Source: a virus (taxonomy: Duplodnaviria; Caudoviricetes). Taken from it: a DNA stretch of 64,000 nucleotides. The notes under the pieces were generated by a model. The model saw only the letters and a program-made list of their open reading frames with translations. It ran no database searches and was not told where the DNA came from. The DNA lies in IMG/VR virus record IMGVR_UViG_3300032030_000037, positions 36,101-100,100 of that record; one strand, given 5' to 3'. Of the stretch, positions 31,009 to 42,157 are shown piece by piece (within the stretch, counting starts at the first letter, position 1; every line of letters begins with the position of its first letter). A program made the translations under genes and the position numbers.

Positions 31009-31594
31009 ATATCTTTGATTTTATTCAATAATAAGAATCTTAGGCTCTCGGATTAGCAAAACCATGTCCAACCATATGATACTTTTTCTGTATTCTTCTC
31101 TGGTCCAATATCTGTTCTGCTAAAAGGAACGCAATCTTCTTGAATATTAAGAACTGATTTGTTGGAAAATAAGAAACTAATAAGTCTTCTTGAGTTTCCA
31201 TATATTAGTTCCTTAAAAAATTCATCTTCCATATTATCAGTATCTATTGAGTATCCAGCATCACTATCATCTTTCCACCACCAAATGGACTCTGTTTTGT
31301 CGTAGGTTTCTCCCGGATTCAGAAAAGATACCTCCTTAACTCCAAACTCTTTTAACTCTTTTGCTATATATTTAATGTAGGCAGAGAAGATTCTGGGAGA
31401 TTTTTCATAATATTTATCTAGGAGCGCAGTATACAAGAAATCTAATTTATCTTGTGTATCTGTGGTCTTAATGTCTTTACTTTCAACCGGTATAAAATCT
31501 CCAAGCCCAAAGCTAACACTCTCCGGGGCTTTTATTTTGGATATATCTACTCTTGCTACCGAAACTGAATAATAATTATAATAGTAGTTATCTG

Positions 31595-33421
31595 TCATAA
31601 GATATAGTCCGTTCTATGATTTCTCCATTTTACAAATCCAGAGGCATCATTTGTATAATCTAAGCCGACTACAATTTCCTTGAATCCAGGCATTTGATGA
31701 AATTCGCTCATAATATCAAGAATTTTATCAACGAGCTCTCTGGATCTTCGGTTTATTCTAACTCTCATATAAAGGTCTGGATATTCAAGCGCATTCAGCT
31801 CTATAATATCTTTTCCGAGAGATTTATAATATTCTTCTTCTTCCGAATCAAGCTGAAGAAACTCATTAAAATCGTATGGCTCAATATTATAACCTTTTCC
31901 TTCTTTAACAGGTTTTACGATTGATGCATTGTAATTCATAAAACCATCTGTCCAAATCCAGATTGACCCCTTAAATTCTGATTCATACATTCTAAAAAGA
32001 GTTTCAGAATCCATGGACGGGTCCTCATAAAACAGCTCTTGAAGCATGTCTTTTATTTTTCCTATCTGCTTTCCGGACTTAAATCCATACCTATTCATTA
32101 TATCTGAACCGCTGATGGGAAGTTTTACAGAGGGTCCTGAATTTATACCAGGATAATAGATATCATCATATGCTTTATAGAAACTGTCGACTTGCCCAGG
32201 CATACACCACTGAGGAGCATGAGACTTATTATCTGCATCTATAAGCTTCATTAGAGAATCAAGTTCATTTCTATTTGGATACTTTGATGCTACCTTTCTA
32301 GTATATTTTTTCGATCCCGTGTACGTATCGTCAGAATAGCTATAGAACTGTTTGATGATCATATGATCTTCTATGAGCTTACATATACTAGAGATATCTT
32401 TCTCAGAGCATTTAAGCCTTCTAAGAATTGATTCAGCCATTTGTGCAGACTTCTTTTCATGGCCGTGGAAACTGAATGTTCCATCTTCCTTTACTTGAAA
32501 GTCTTTATACTTACTAATATCATGAAGAAGCGCGGCCCACGGTAAAATTGCACTGCCTCTAGTGATTCCTCTTCTATCTCCCGAAGAAGTCTTATTAAGA
32601 ACAGAAAGTATGTGATCTGTAAGATTCATCGAGTGGTATTTGGAGTTTTGATTGAATCCCCAAGCTTCTTCAAACTCTGGTATAATATACCCCAAGAGAC
32701 CTTTTTCATGAAGAATCCAGATGTACTTAGAGGGTTCCCAAGTAGTTATTATTTTTTCAAACTCATCCCGAACTCTCTCCATCGATAACTGATAATATTC
32801 TGGAATCGGTTTCATTGCTGCAAGAACTGCTGGATCAATGCTAAAATCAAGTTTAGCAGAAAACCTCACAGCTCTTAACATTCTTAAAGGGTCGTCCTTA
32901 AAGGTTTCCTCAGGATCAAGTGGTGTTCTGAGAATCTTATTTTCAATATCAGAGAGCCCACGTCCCGTCGGATCAAGAATTTTCCCAGTCTTAAGGTCCT
33001 TGTAGAGAGCATTGCAACAGAAATCTCTTCTCTGTGCATCAATCTCAAGCGTAGTTTTAGACACTTCACTGGGTTTTCTTGGGCCATTTTTATATTCTTC
33101 AGTCCTCGGCATAACACACTCGATGGGCTCTGTTCTTGTTCCATTTCCATAAGGAATAGTTAGGTCAAATTTTGCTGTTCCAAATTTAGGATATACAGTA
33201 AAACCTGATGTTCCTTGAATTTTATTATCCCTAAGGAAATCTGTAAAATGTACTGCAGGAGAGGAATCTCCATCAAGATCAATAACTAGGTCGAGATCAT
33301 GTTTCATATTATTCATTATCTCATCCCTAACATATCCTCCAACTGCATATATATTGGCCTTAGGATTCCACTGTTCTACTAGTGCTACTAAAGCTTTTTC
33401 TACTTGTTCTAAATATTTCAT
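31595..33421 (-). CDS. cca: CCA-adding tRNA nucleotidyltransferase with HD domain
   Basis: AVGGYVRD, DLDL, DAQRRDF..NAL, DDPLRMLRAVRF, SMERVRDE, LLHDISK. Confidence 0.9.
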   Translation of the reverse strand: MKYLEQVEKALVALVEQWNPKANIYAVGGYVRDEIMNNMKHDLDLVIDLDGDSSPAVHFTDFLRDNKIQGTSGFTVYPKFGTAKFDLTIPYGNGTRTEPIECVMPRTEEYKNGPRKPSEVSKTTLEIDAQRRDFCCNALYKDLKTGKILDPTGRGLSDIENKILRTPLDPEETFKDDPLRMLRAVRFSAKLDFSIDPAVLAAMKPIPEYYQLSMERVRDEFEKIITTWEPSKYIWILHEKGLLGYIIPEFEEAWGFNQNSKYHSMNLTDHILSVLNKTSSGDRRGITRGSAILPWAALLHDISKYKDFQVKEDGTFSFHGHEKKSAQMAESILRRLKCSEKDISSICKLIEDHMIIKQFYSYSDDTYTGSKKYTRKVASKYPNRNELDSLMKLIDADNKSHAPQWCMPGQVDSFYKAYDDIYYPGINSGPSVKLPISGSDIMNRYGFKSGKQIGKIKDMLQELFYEDPSMDSETLFRMYESEFKGSIWIWTDGFMNYNASIVKPVKEGKGYNIEPYDFNEFLQLDSEEEEYYKSLGKDIIELNALEYPDLYMRVRINRRSRELVDKILDIMSEFHQMPGFKEIVVGLDYTNDASGFVKWRNHRTDYIL

Positions 33422-33473
33422 ATTATTTTATTTTAGTCTAACAATTATAAGGATTTGAAATAAAAAAGAGTGC

Positions 33474-34073
33474 TTATTCAGCACCCTCTTCTTTTGTTTC
33501 TTCTTCGACTGTTGTCGAAGGCTCTTCCTGATCACTCTCGTGATAGCTCTCAACAAGCATCTTCAGGAGTTTATCGTGATTCCAGGCCCAGAGGTAGTTA
33601 TCAATCTCATGCTCAGAGACGAGTCTGATTTCCGCCACCTCTTCCTTTTCACCCCCTCTTTCTTCGGATTTGAGGCTAGGATTGGAATCAACATAGGACT
33701 TAAGAAAGTCATAATCTGTCGGGATGACAAATCTTGTAGTTACGTTCTGCTTAGAATTATCCTCCGGGTCATCCATAGTCATCCATTCATAGATGTCATC
33801 AGCTGCTGCAGAAAAGTCAAGTCCAATCTCTTCTTTGATTTCTCTAACAACGGCCTGAACTCTGGTTTCACCCCAGCCAAGATATCCGCAGCAATTGCAC
33901 CAATATCCTACATAATCCGGGCATCCTTCTCCTCGTTTAGTTACTAAGAAGAACAGCTCTTGATTCTTAGGATTTACGCACAGAATAATCCCACATACGG
34001 CCATAGCTCTGGAAATCCAGTAAACTCTGCCGGTCTCTTTGTCAACGATTTGAAAATTTTCTTTGTATCTCAT
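33474..34073 (-). CDS. Nudix hydrolase
   Basis: Complete Nudix box GYLGWGETRVQAVVREIKEEIGL. Confidence 0.9.
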   Translation of the reverse strand: MRYKENFQIVDKETGRVYWISRAMAVCGIILCVNPKNQELFFLVTKRGEGCPDYVGYWCNCCGYLGWGETRVQAVVREIKEEIGLDFSAAADDIYEWMTMDDPEDNSKQNVTTRFVIPTDYDFLKSYVDSNPSLKSEERGGEKEEVAEIRLVSEHEIDNYLWAWNHDKLLKMLVESYHESDQEEPSTTVEEETKEEGAE

Positions 34074-34944
34074 ATTTTAATCCAAATTGGTTTATCAGTA
34101 TTTGCCATTTCATTTATTTTATCTCGAACGTATACAAATTCTCCTCTATCTTTCGGGAATATTAACAGGTCATCTCCAGACTTATGGTATACCCGAATAT
34201 ATGCTTGCTGTTTTACATCAAGATATTCAAAAGTTGTGCTTATTGTAACTCTGACACAGATTCGTTTTCTATTTTTAATACGAATCCAATATAGAAACTC
34301 ATTATTTCTAGCCCACCACGGCGACCGTATTTCGTAATCTATAAGATTTCTTGTACTATCCTCATCGTCAGTTATAATGATTTCTGGTCCCTTAAACAGC
34401 CTGTTTTTAATCTTAACATAGACTAGATCCTCATTGTTGTCTTCAACAATAGATACTGAGCGTATCTGCCTTGGTTCTAATCTAATAAGTTTTGGTTCCG
34501 ACTCTCTACTACATACCTGGTATTCTCTTTGTTTAAGAATTTCCTTAATCTGGTCGCTAATCATAATTTAATTATTGTTTACTTTTTGAAGTATAGCCTT
34601 CCAGCCTAATTCTTTTATAACTGGAACCCCATTTCGTTGACAAAAAATTCTAGTTGGCTTTTTTAGGTAAAGCTCAAAAATTGGAGTTCCATAGTCTTTC
34701 ATTAAATCTTTTTCATTCAGGTCATCCAGGTTATGAATATTTAGTACCAGAGCTAATATCATCTGAACTATCACAAAATTGAAATTACAGCCGGAGTCTA
34801 GGGCTTCATTTATGAGTCTAGTAAATTTTTGAGAATTTATTATAGACTCAGCATTCTTATAGACTTCATTCCCCGTTTCTTCTCCGGCGGTTTCCATTAC
34901 TAAGATAAATATATCTTTATATTTCTCGTATAATTCTCTTGCTG

Positions 34945-35796
34945 TCATTTCATAGATAAGGGTTTGCTGCCAAATCTATCCCTAAAAGGCTTATAATTTC
35001 CTTCAGGATTAAATTCATGATTTGCATTATGGTCATCTAAGACTGCAAAGCAAATCTCTGAAAATGCTCCGGTAAATTCAGGTTCTTTTAGGACTTCATC
35101 AAAACATCTAGCAACCTCTTTAGCTGGACATGCAAAAGCTCCACATCCCCAAGCCGGAAGAACCAGGTTAATCATTCCTTCTTTGATTGCTACTCGCAAA
35201 ACCATTCTTATCTTCTTCTTCATGGTTTCCTCCTGATTCCTCTCAAAAGTGAAATCAAGATTCAGAGAAGGATGATTGATGGCAGCTGCAGTTATTATAT
35301 TAACTGAAACCGGTGCTGGCATTGGATTATAGGACGAATCTCTATATATGCTAACTCCACCAGACCAGATACATTCAAAGTTTCCTAGGGGCGGCATATA
35401 TAGTCCAGTCTCCTTGTCTGCAAAAATCTCTATACTGTCAAGAAGATTACTTCTTCTACAAATAATCTCTTCAAGAGCTCTTGACCCACTTCTAACACCT
35501 CCGCCAGCTCTTTTTGCAGAAGCCGGATTAAGAATTGCAATATCTGGATCTTTTCTGCTAAGTTCAATAGCTTTATCCAGAAAGTCTATATTCTCAGCGT
35601 AGATGATAGTATTAGGGAAATCCTCATACTTTCTATCATCTGGTTCTAATTTACCCGGACTCTTAAGCTTAAATGTATTTCTATTAAGCGCTCCCGGGTC
35701 AATAAAACTAATAAACTCTCCTCCATATTCATATCCTTTAAACCAGATATCATCACAGACTGATTTATATACCTCAATTAGTTCATCTTTCGTCAT
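34945..35796 (-). CDS. Bacterial PARG-like macrodomain (TIGR02452/DUF2263-like)
   Basis: LNPASAKRAGGG...ALEE.ICRRS and LPAWGCGAF. Confidence 0.85.
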   Translation of the reverse strand: MTKDELIEVYKSVCDDIWFKGYEYGGEFISFIDPGALNRNTFKLKSPGKLEPDDRKYEDFPNTIIYAENIDFLDKAIELSRKDPDIAILNPASAKRAGGGVRSGSRALEEIICRRSNLLDSIEIFADKETGLYMPPLGNFECIWSGGVSIYRDSSYNPMPAPVSVNIITAAAINHPSLNLDFTFERNQEETMKKKIRMVLRVAIKEGMINLVLPAWGCGAFACPAKEVARCFDEVLKEPEFTGAFSEICFAVLDDHNANHEFNPEGNYKPFRDRFGSKPLSMK

Positions 35797-36568
35797 GTTG
35801 ATGTCTTATAAGTTTTTTAGTTATACATGAGTTACACTTATCACTGTCCTGATATATGCACATTGGACAGATATTGATATCTTCTGGTATATAATATAAT
35901 AATTTCGAGTGTTCACGAATATTTAAATCCCTTGGTAAATCTCTATAACCTGCGCTAGAACCCTCTCTATATGTTAATGTGGGAGGATTGGTTTCAAATC
36001 TTTTTAGGAGGTGGTCATAAAGCGATGGAATATCTATATAATAACTATAACTAGAACTAAACTGATTAACTCTCTCAAAAAATTTAGCTAAATGTATATC
36101 ATCCCACTTAGTACCTTCCGCAATAGTTTCATAACCCGTATCTCCGTCACTAAGAACTGGAATACATAAATTAGCTTGATATATCCAGCATAACTGTTTT
36201 CTTGACGGAGACCATACTTCATCCCCTGGAAAGAATATCTTGTCGTCCTTTGAATAATCTATTTTATAATTACAATACATACATTCTCCAAGAATATTTC
36301 TAACTTCACAGTTTTCATCTGAACAGATATAATTTCTATTTGGATGAAAAACTCTATGTAAAAGTTTTGCGCCTTTTCTTGGATAATACGGCATAGTTCC
36401 TATCATATGATTCATGTCTGTAAAACTGTATTCATTTCTTGATATGTATCTATAAATTACAGGACTAGTCGATGTATTATACATAGATACTATAATAGCT
36501 AAGTTTCCACTCCCAGAAAGATCTATTAAATCTCCTGGAAGAAATTTAACTCTAGTACGGTAGGTCAT
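35783..36568 (-). CDS. Hypothetical protein with Cys clusters
   Basis: Internal C-x4-C...CMYC and C-terminal CPMC...CNSC. Confidence 0.6.
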   Translation of the reverse strand: MTYRTRVKFLPGDLIDLSGSGNLAIIVSMYNTSTSPVIYRYISRNEYSFTDMNHMIGTMPYYPRKGAKLLHRVFHPNRNYICSDENCEVRNILGECMYCNYKIDYSKDDKIFFPGDEVWSPSRKQLCWIYQANLCIPVLSDGDTGYETIAEGTKWDDIHLAKFFERVNQFSSSYSYYIDIPSLYDHLLKRFETNPPTLTYREGSSAGYRDLPRDLNIREHSKLLYYIPEDINICPMCIYQDSDKCNSCITKKLIRHQHDER

Positions 36569-37440
36569 ATCTCTTTAGAAAATAATATGCATCTATTTCA
36601 AATCCTGTTTTACAAATAGGTAGATTATACTCAACAGCATAACTCTCTAATGGAACCTTTGGTCCACGATATCTTGCTATTCTGATTCTTCCGTATTCAT
36701 CAGGATTATCTTCATTTGGCCAGCCGTTCTGTTCATCTATTCCCAATACTATAAAGGTCTTATAGTCGTTATTTCCATAACATCCGTACATAACTAGTTG
36801 CCTAATATCTTCGTGGAGACTCCGTTCAGAATATCCATCATATTGAAAATATACCAGACAGCCTACTTTAAAATATCCACCAGGATGTAGTCTTCTAGCA
36901 AGAGGATATACTATTCTTTTTGCAGAATCGTTTGTCTTTACCAACTCAGTAATAACTGGAATAACGTGGGAAAAGTCTGCGGTTACCTCTTCGAATTTCT
37001 TTCTAAACGCAGTCTCTTTATATCTTTTATAAACTCCATCTCCACCAGCAACAACATACTCACTCTCCCCAGATCCATAAGTGACAGACATTAATGATAA
37101 AATCTCACCAGTCGACTTGTCTTTTACTACCCAATCCATAAAGTATTGTTATCTTTTATTAATTTTACAGGTGTACAATTTGTAGAATAAAGTTTTTCTT
37201 TATCTTCTTCCGATATTTTACACTCAATTATTTCTAGGAAATATATAAGTGATTTTGCACTATGGCTCCAGAATATTATAGGAAGATTATATGGAAGATC
37301 ACTATCCCAGCGTCTCCAAGTAAAGACATATTCGCTTTCTTCTGTCTTTTCTATACAAGCAATAAAATCATTATATAAAAATCCTATTCCTGTCATGTTT
37401 TATTACATACATAAGGAAAAGGCCTCAATTCCTTATAAAT

Positions 37441-37530
37441 GAGATAATAATTAATGGTGAGCTCCAGGATTGAGAGGCGATTTACGTTAAACCTCAATAT
37501 CCGCTCATTCTTAATTTTCTTTTTTTTTTA
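37441..37530 (+). ncRNA. Candidate promoter-driven hairpin sRNA
   Basis: Follows aaggcctcaattccttataaat. Nested stems ggtgagc/gctcatt and attgag/ctcaat, then a T-tract. No ORF. Confidence 0.5.
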
Positions 37531-37557
37531 CAAAATAAAGAGGGAACTTATGTCCCT

Positions 37558-38457
37558 CTATATTATTTTTGTTCCTCCCCATCCAAAATGTGGATCTTTT
37601 CGAACTATCTGAGTTGGGAACTTAACTTCTGGAAATCTCTTCATAAGATATAATAGAAGATCTTTTTCCATCTCTTGATATTCAGAGTCTTTATATTCTT
37701 TTCCTAAATCTAATGCCTCTGAACCATTAAAATCCCAATCATGCGGCCTAGATGGATCATTAACCTTGCAGAGTTCTATACTCCAAGGATCTGACCATCT
37801 CCATCTCATATAAACCAGCTTCATCTCTTGGCCTACCATAAACCAGTAGTAAATTTGACTAGGACACCAAATCAAATCCTCGTAGAATTCATTTAGGCCC
37901 CAAGTATTTACCCATTCGGACCATTTTATGTAAGACCTAACTTCACATAAAGCTTTTCCTAGGAGATTTAGCCCTCTCCACTTCTTTTTTACCAGAGCAT
38001 CCGGATCTCCTTCAGCCAGACCTATTCCCCAAATTCTGTCGTATGGGCTAGCTTCAACAAACTCGAGATTTTTCCATTCATCCTTTAGAAGAAGATCTCT
38101 AAATTTTGTATTATGATGAGCTTTATAGTATACAGCAGTATACATAACCTCATACCTAACCTTTACCCACTCTTCTTCAGAAAACCCAGAAACTTGTCTT
38201 CCTAGCGCTTTTGCTTCACTAGGCTCTTTTGCTTCTAGTATCTTCTCGGCGATATCATAATCCTTGAAATAAACAGCCTTAAGATACATAAATAGGTGTT
38301 CTGAGGTTGGTAGTGAAATAGGATGCAGGTACGGTTTGTTTGGATTATGAAACGCTTGACTGTTTAATGGGTTCCTAAATATAATTGGAGAAGTGCACTT
38401 AGCAAAATTACTTAGCTCTCCACCCCAGAATAATACAAACTTATCTGTTACTTTCAT
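37558..38457 (-). CDS. NADAR-family protein with an extra C-terminal domain
   Basis: LSNF, TSEH..M..KA..F.D, K.LGR.V, VEASPYDRIWGIG and GLNLLGKAL motifs. Confidence 0.9.
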   Translation of the reverse strand: MKVTDKFVLFWGGELSNFAKCTSPIIFRNPLNSQAFHNPNKPYLHPISLPTSEHLFMYLKAVYFKDYDIAEKILEAKEPSEAKALGRQVSGFSEEEWVKVRYEVMYTAVYYKAHHNTKFRDLLLKDEWKNLEFVEASPYDRIWGIGLAEGDPDALVKKKWRGLNLLGKALCEVRSYIKWSEWVNTWGLNEFYEDLIWCPSQIYYWFMVGQEMKLVYMRWRWSDPWSIELCKVNDPSRPHDWDFNGSEALDLGKEYKDSEYQEMEKDLLLYLMKRFPEVKFPTQIVRKDPHFGWGGTKII

Positions 38458-38809
38458 TCTTTTATTCTCCTTTTAATTTTCTGTTTAAGTAAAAATAGTG
38501 CTAGTCGAAGAGAAGGTTGTGTTTCAAATTCTACCGCTGTCTGCTCAAAATCTCTACTTCCTGGATCTATATAAACATAGTAGCCGGCCTGGTAGACGAG
38601 ATTTCCAACTTTCCAAATTTTAAGTCTCATACTTCGAACCGGATCATATTGAATCTCTGGAGGGAGCTCTTCTAGTAGGTCTTCAACAGTAGTATCTTTC
38701 CCAACTATTCTATCTACCTGTTCATCTAAGCACTCTCCTTTAAAGTTTTCTTTTTTGTCCTCTCTATGAATTGGCTGTCCAAATTGCCAAGTAAATTCAG
38801 TATTTGCCA

Positions 38810-39289
38810 TTATAATAATCCTTTATCTTCAAGTAATTTTCTAACCTTCTTCCAGTCGACATATCTAGTTTTTCTTTGAACCTTCGATTTCTTTCCAGTC
38901 CTAACACTATATACATCGATAGTATCATTAATCGTCGGACAACCTAAGGCGGTATCATCGATAATTAAATCAGCCAGGGGTTTCAGCGACTTTCCGATTT
39001 TTTCTTCACCCTTCTGATAAGTATTTATCCCTTCCAGCGGGATTTCATTTTCTCGGAACCACCTAGTCGCTTCCCCCAGGCTAGTCTCTTTCCGCCATTT
39101 TCCACCGACGAGATGATAATTATAGGGATTTTTCTTTGAATTATTTCGGCAAGTCCATAATACAATTTTATGTCCTTTCTTTACTAGATCGGAAAGAACA
39201 TCTACAGCACCAATATCTTTCTTTGAATAAAATCCGTGTGGAGCTAGTGGTATACAAGTCCCGTCGAAGTCACAAAGTATTATTGCCAT
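38810..39289 (-). CDS. HAD-superfamily phosphatase (BT0820-like)
   Basis: CDFDGT, LWTCR, KP.ADLIIDD. Confidence 0.8.
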   Translation of the reverse strand: MAIILCDFDGTCIPLAPHGFYSKKDIGAVDVLSDLVKKGHKIVLWTCRNNSKKNPYNYHLVGGKWRKETSLGEATRWFRENEIPLEGINTYQKGEEKIGKSLKPLADLIIDDTALGCPTINDTIDVYSVRTGKKSKVQRKTRYVDWKKVRKLLEDKGLL

Positions 39290-39563
39290 ACTATAATTCC
39301 AGTTCTAGTTCTAATTTCAACCGGTTTTCCAGTCTCAATGTCTCTGAACGTATAACACATAATCCCCTGACTTTCCCATTTTCCTGGTATATCATAAGTC
39401 TTCCAAACTTTTATTGTATCTCCTGATTCTGATATACAAACCACTTGATGCACTTCTTCCTTAAAAGGCTTCATCGGTTTCTTTTCCATTCCCGAAGAGC
39501 ACCTTAAGAGACATAAAATTACAACAAGGAAGATTAGGAAAGGCCAAATATCAACATTCACAC

Positions 39564-40640
39564 TTACTCTATTCGACATATATTTATCTTTGTTTTAAAT
39601 TCAGACCATTTAAGAGAGCCAGCCATAGTAAATCCATAAGTAAATATTTCATACAGGTCATTAAGCCAGTCTCCGATATGATAACCAACTCTTACCGTTG
39701 TTACTTCTGAATCACAAGGCCTACGTTTTCCAGACCAATCATGAACATCAGAATAACCGTCGCGCTTGGCTTGAATCTGATAAGTTGTGTTTCCAGCATA
39801 GTATCTTTTGACTTCCTGTTTCTTGAGGTCTTCTTTTGTCATTTCTAGAGCAGCTCCACGCAAAATTTCCTCTTCGTGTTTGCCCTCAGAATCTTGAACT
39901 GTTCTAAACATGACTCCAGCAGCCTCTACCATCCTAGCAAATTGACGTCCTATCATTACATAGTCGGCTCCAAGGGCTAGAGCCTTTAAAATATCCTGTC
40001 GTGTAGCTATTCCGCCATCCGCAATAATTGCTGGCTGTTTCATTCCAACACACGCTGATGTCTTTATTCCTTTTATGTCTAGAAGAAGAGACGCCATAGG
40101 ATAATGAAATCCTCTGTTATCATTCACTAAAGACCCAGAAGTCATGCCAACCCTTACATAGTCAGCTCCTGCCTGACAACATTCTATATAGGTCTTAGGA
40201 TTTCCAATATTTCCTATCATAACAAGAATCTGAGGACCATAAATTCTCTTCAGTTCTTTTGTTATATTAAAGACTTCTATATCGTGTCCATTTCCAGAGT
40301 CAATGCAAACCCTAAATTGTCTTGGAGCTTGTCTTCGATACTGTAAGAAGTTCTCTCTAACCTCCGGAATTGAGAAAGCTACAAAGATATACTCACAACC
40401 CTCTAGTCTAATTTTTATATCAGATGTTCTTGGGAGGACTGGTCTAATCAGGTTATCATAGTAAACTCTCCAATTCTCTTCATTCACTACACTATCCATC
40501 GGACTAGTAAATATTGGAAGAGATTTAAAATTACCATCTGCCTGATCATACACAAAATAATCACACTTAGACTCTTGATTTCCCGTATTAAGTGGTGCGG
40601 GTACCAATCCAATGTCATCTAATTCTAATAATTTTTCCAT
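39564..40640 (-). CDS. IMPDH/GMP-reductase-like protein lacking the catalytic Cys
   Basis: SPMDSV, IDSGNGH, GNIG, GADYVRVG, IIADGGI, KALALGADYVMIG. The active-site loop reads GMTSGSLVN. Confidence 0.8.
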   Translation of the reverse strand: MEKLLELDDIGLVPAPLNTGNQESKCDYFVYDQADGNFKSLPIFTSPMDSVVNEENWRVYYDNLIRPVLPRTSDIKIRLEGCEYIFVAFSIPEVRENFLQYRRQAPRQFRVCIDSGNGHDIEVFNITKELKRIYGPQILVMIGNIGNPKTYIECCQAGADYVRVGMTSGSLVNDNRGFHYPMASLLLDIKGIKTSACVGMKQPAIIADGGIATRQDILKALALGADYVMIGRQFARMVEAAGVMFRTVQDSEGKHEEEILRGAALEMTKEDLKKQEVKRYYAGNTTYQIQAKRDGYSDVHDWSGKRRPCDSEVTTVRVGYHIGDWLNDLYEIFTYGFTMAGSLKWSEFKTKINICRIE

Positions 40641-41601
40641 ATCATAAATAAGGAAAAAAGAGGAGGTTAATTCTAATCGCCTCCTTCTTGTTCTGTTACT
40701 TTACCAAAATCCTCTTTCTTTATGTCGTCTTTTGAAAAATAGTCTGGAACCCTTGCATGAATTATAGAATCTTCTATTGCTAATTTCCAATCTGAAAAAT
40801 CCATAGTTCTTATTCGAATATATCTTTTCGTATCCGGAAGGGTTGTCTTTTTCCTAGACATATCATAAACTATCTTCCCATCCTTATCCCTGGTATACCA
40901 AAGAATAAGTCTAGAATATCCACCTTTTCTTTCCATAGAAGTATTTTGTATTTTTTCGTTGTCCCCAAAGGATGTCGCAAAAAAGGTATCTATATTTTTA
41001 GGAGTTGGACCGAAAGGAGTTATCATAGGTCCCGCGCTCTCTGCAAAAAAGCAAAGATTAAGAACCCTAAATTCTTCATCTAGCTCATCCTTCCCCAAAG
41101 TGTCTTTGAAAGTATCATAGACAGCACAAATTCCGCTATTCCACTCTCTATAGTCAAGAGGATTTATCTTAGACCCTATAAATATTCTTGTATATGGAAT
41201 CTCTTCGTAATATTTTCCGGATAGATTTTGAATTTCTATTACTTTATCCTCAGAGGTTCCTTTATGATTTTTATAGAAGTCAAAGAGTTCATAGAACATC
41301 TCTAGGTCTATTTCATTCCATTGATTGATCATATCCGTCTAGTATTTTTATTGTAGCGATAACTTCTTCTTTGGGCCCAGTTATCTCTATCTCTCCAAAA
41401 TTCTCACACCAAGTTAGAACCCTTACCTTATCTTTTGTATCATAAAAACTTACATCTCCAGGAGTTGGAAAAGGCTCAAGGTTTTCCGGATATTCTAAGA
41501 CAACACCATCATCTAGAAGGAAGTTAACCTTAATTCCAAATCTTTCTAAGACCTCTTTCCACTTCAGGTCATCAAAGTCTGGGTAAATATTTCTTCCTAC
41601 C

Positions 41602-42153
41602 CTAACTCGTCTGTTCTCTAGTTTCTCGTATGCCATATTTTGCTATACTACAATCTTTACAATCAAATATACACTGATTATTGCAAAAATTAGATAAGTC
41701 TTTAAGAATATCACTATTTTTTGAGTGCTTTATATTATCCCCCAAATTTGCATGCTCTATATAGATAGTTTCTTCTTCATTTGATTTTATCGGGACTTTT
41801 ATTGTCTGTATCTCTGTCTTTTCTGTAAAGAGTTTTAAACAGACAGCAATAGACTCATTTACTTGTGTAAGATGTGTTGCTAGTACTAATCCTTCTCCTA
41901 TTACACTATCTTTGCCTTGACCTCTCTTTCTTACTCTAATAAATTTTCCTATTATAGAATCTGGAACGCTAATTATATCGGTTTCTGTTTTACAAAAGAC
42001 TTTCATATCTTTGACCGCATCTGGGCCTAGTTTTATTTTAAATTTCAAGACAGATTCCTTCTTTCCTGTGAGAAATCTATTTAGAAACCAAGATACAATC
42101 ATCATACTACCAAATACAGCTATTGTAAAGAGCATAAAACTTAGCGCACCCAT
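41602..42153 (-). CDS. Membrane-anchored protein with C-terminal four-Cys motif
   Basis: N-terminal TM; FCNNQCIFDCKDCSIAKY. Confidence 0.65.
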   Translation of the reverse strand: MGALSFMLFTIAVFGSMMIVSWFLNRFLTGKKESVLKFKIKLGPDAVKDMKVFCKTETDIISVPDSIIGKFIRVRKRGQGKDSVIGEGLVLATHLTQVNESIAVCLKLFTEKTEIQTIKVPIKSNEEETIYIEHANLGDNIKHSKNSDILKDLSNFCNNQCIFDCKDCSIAKYGIRETREQTS

Positions 42154-42157
42154 GATT

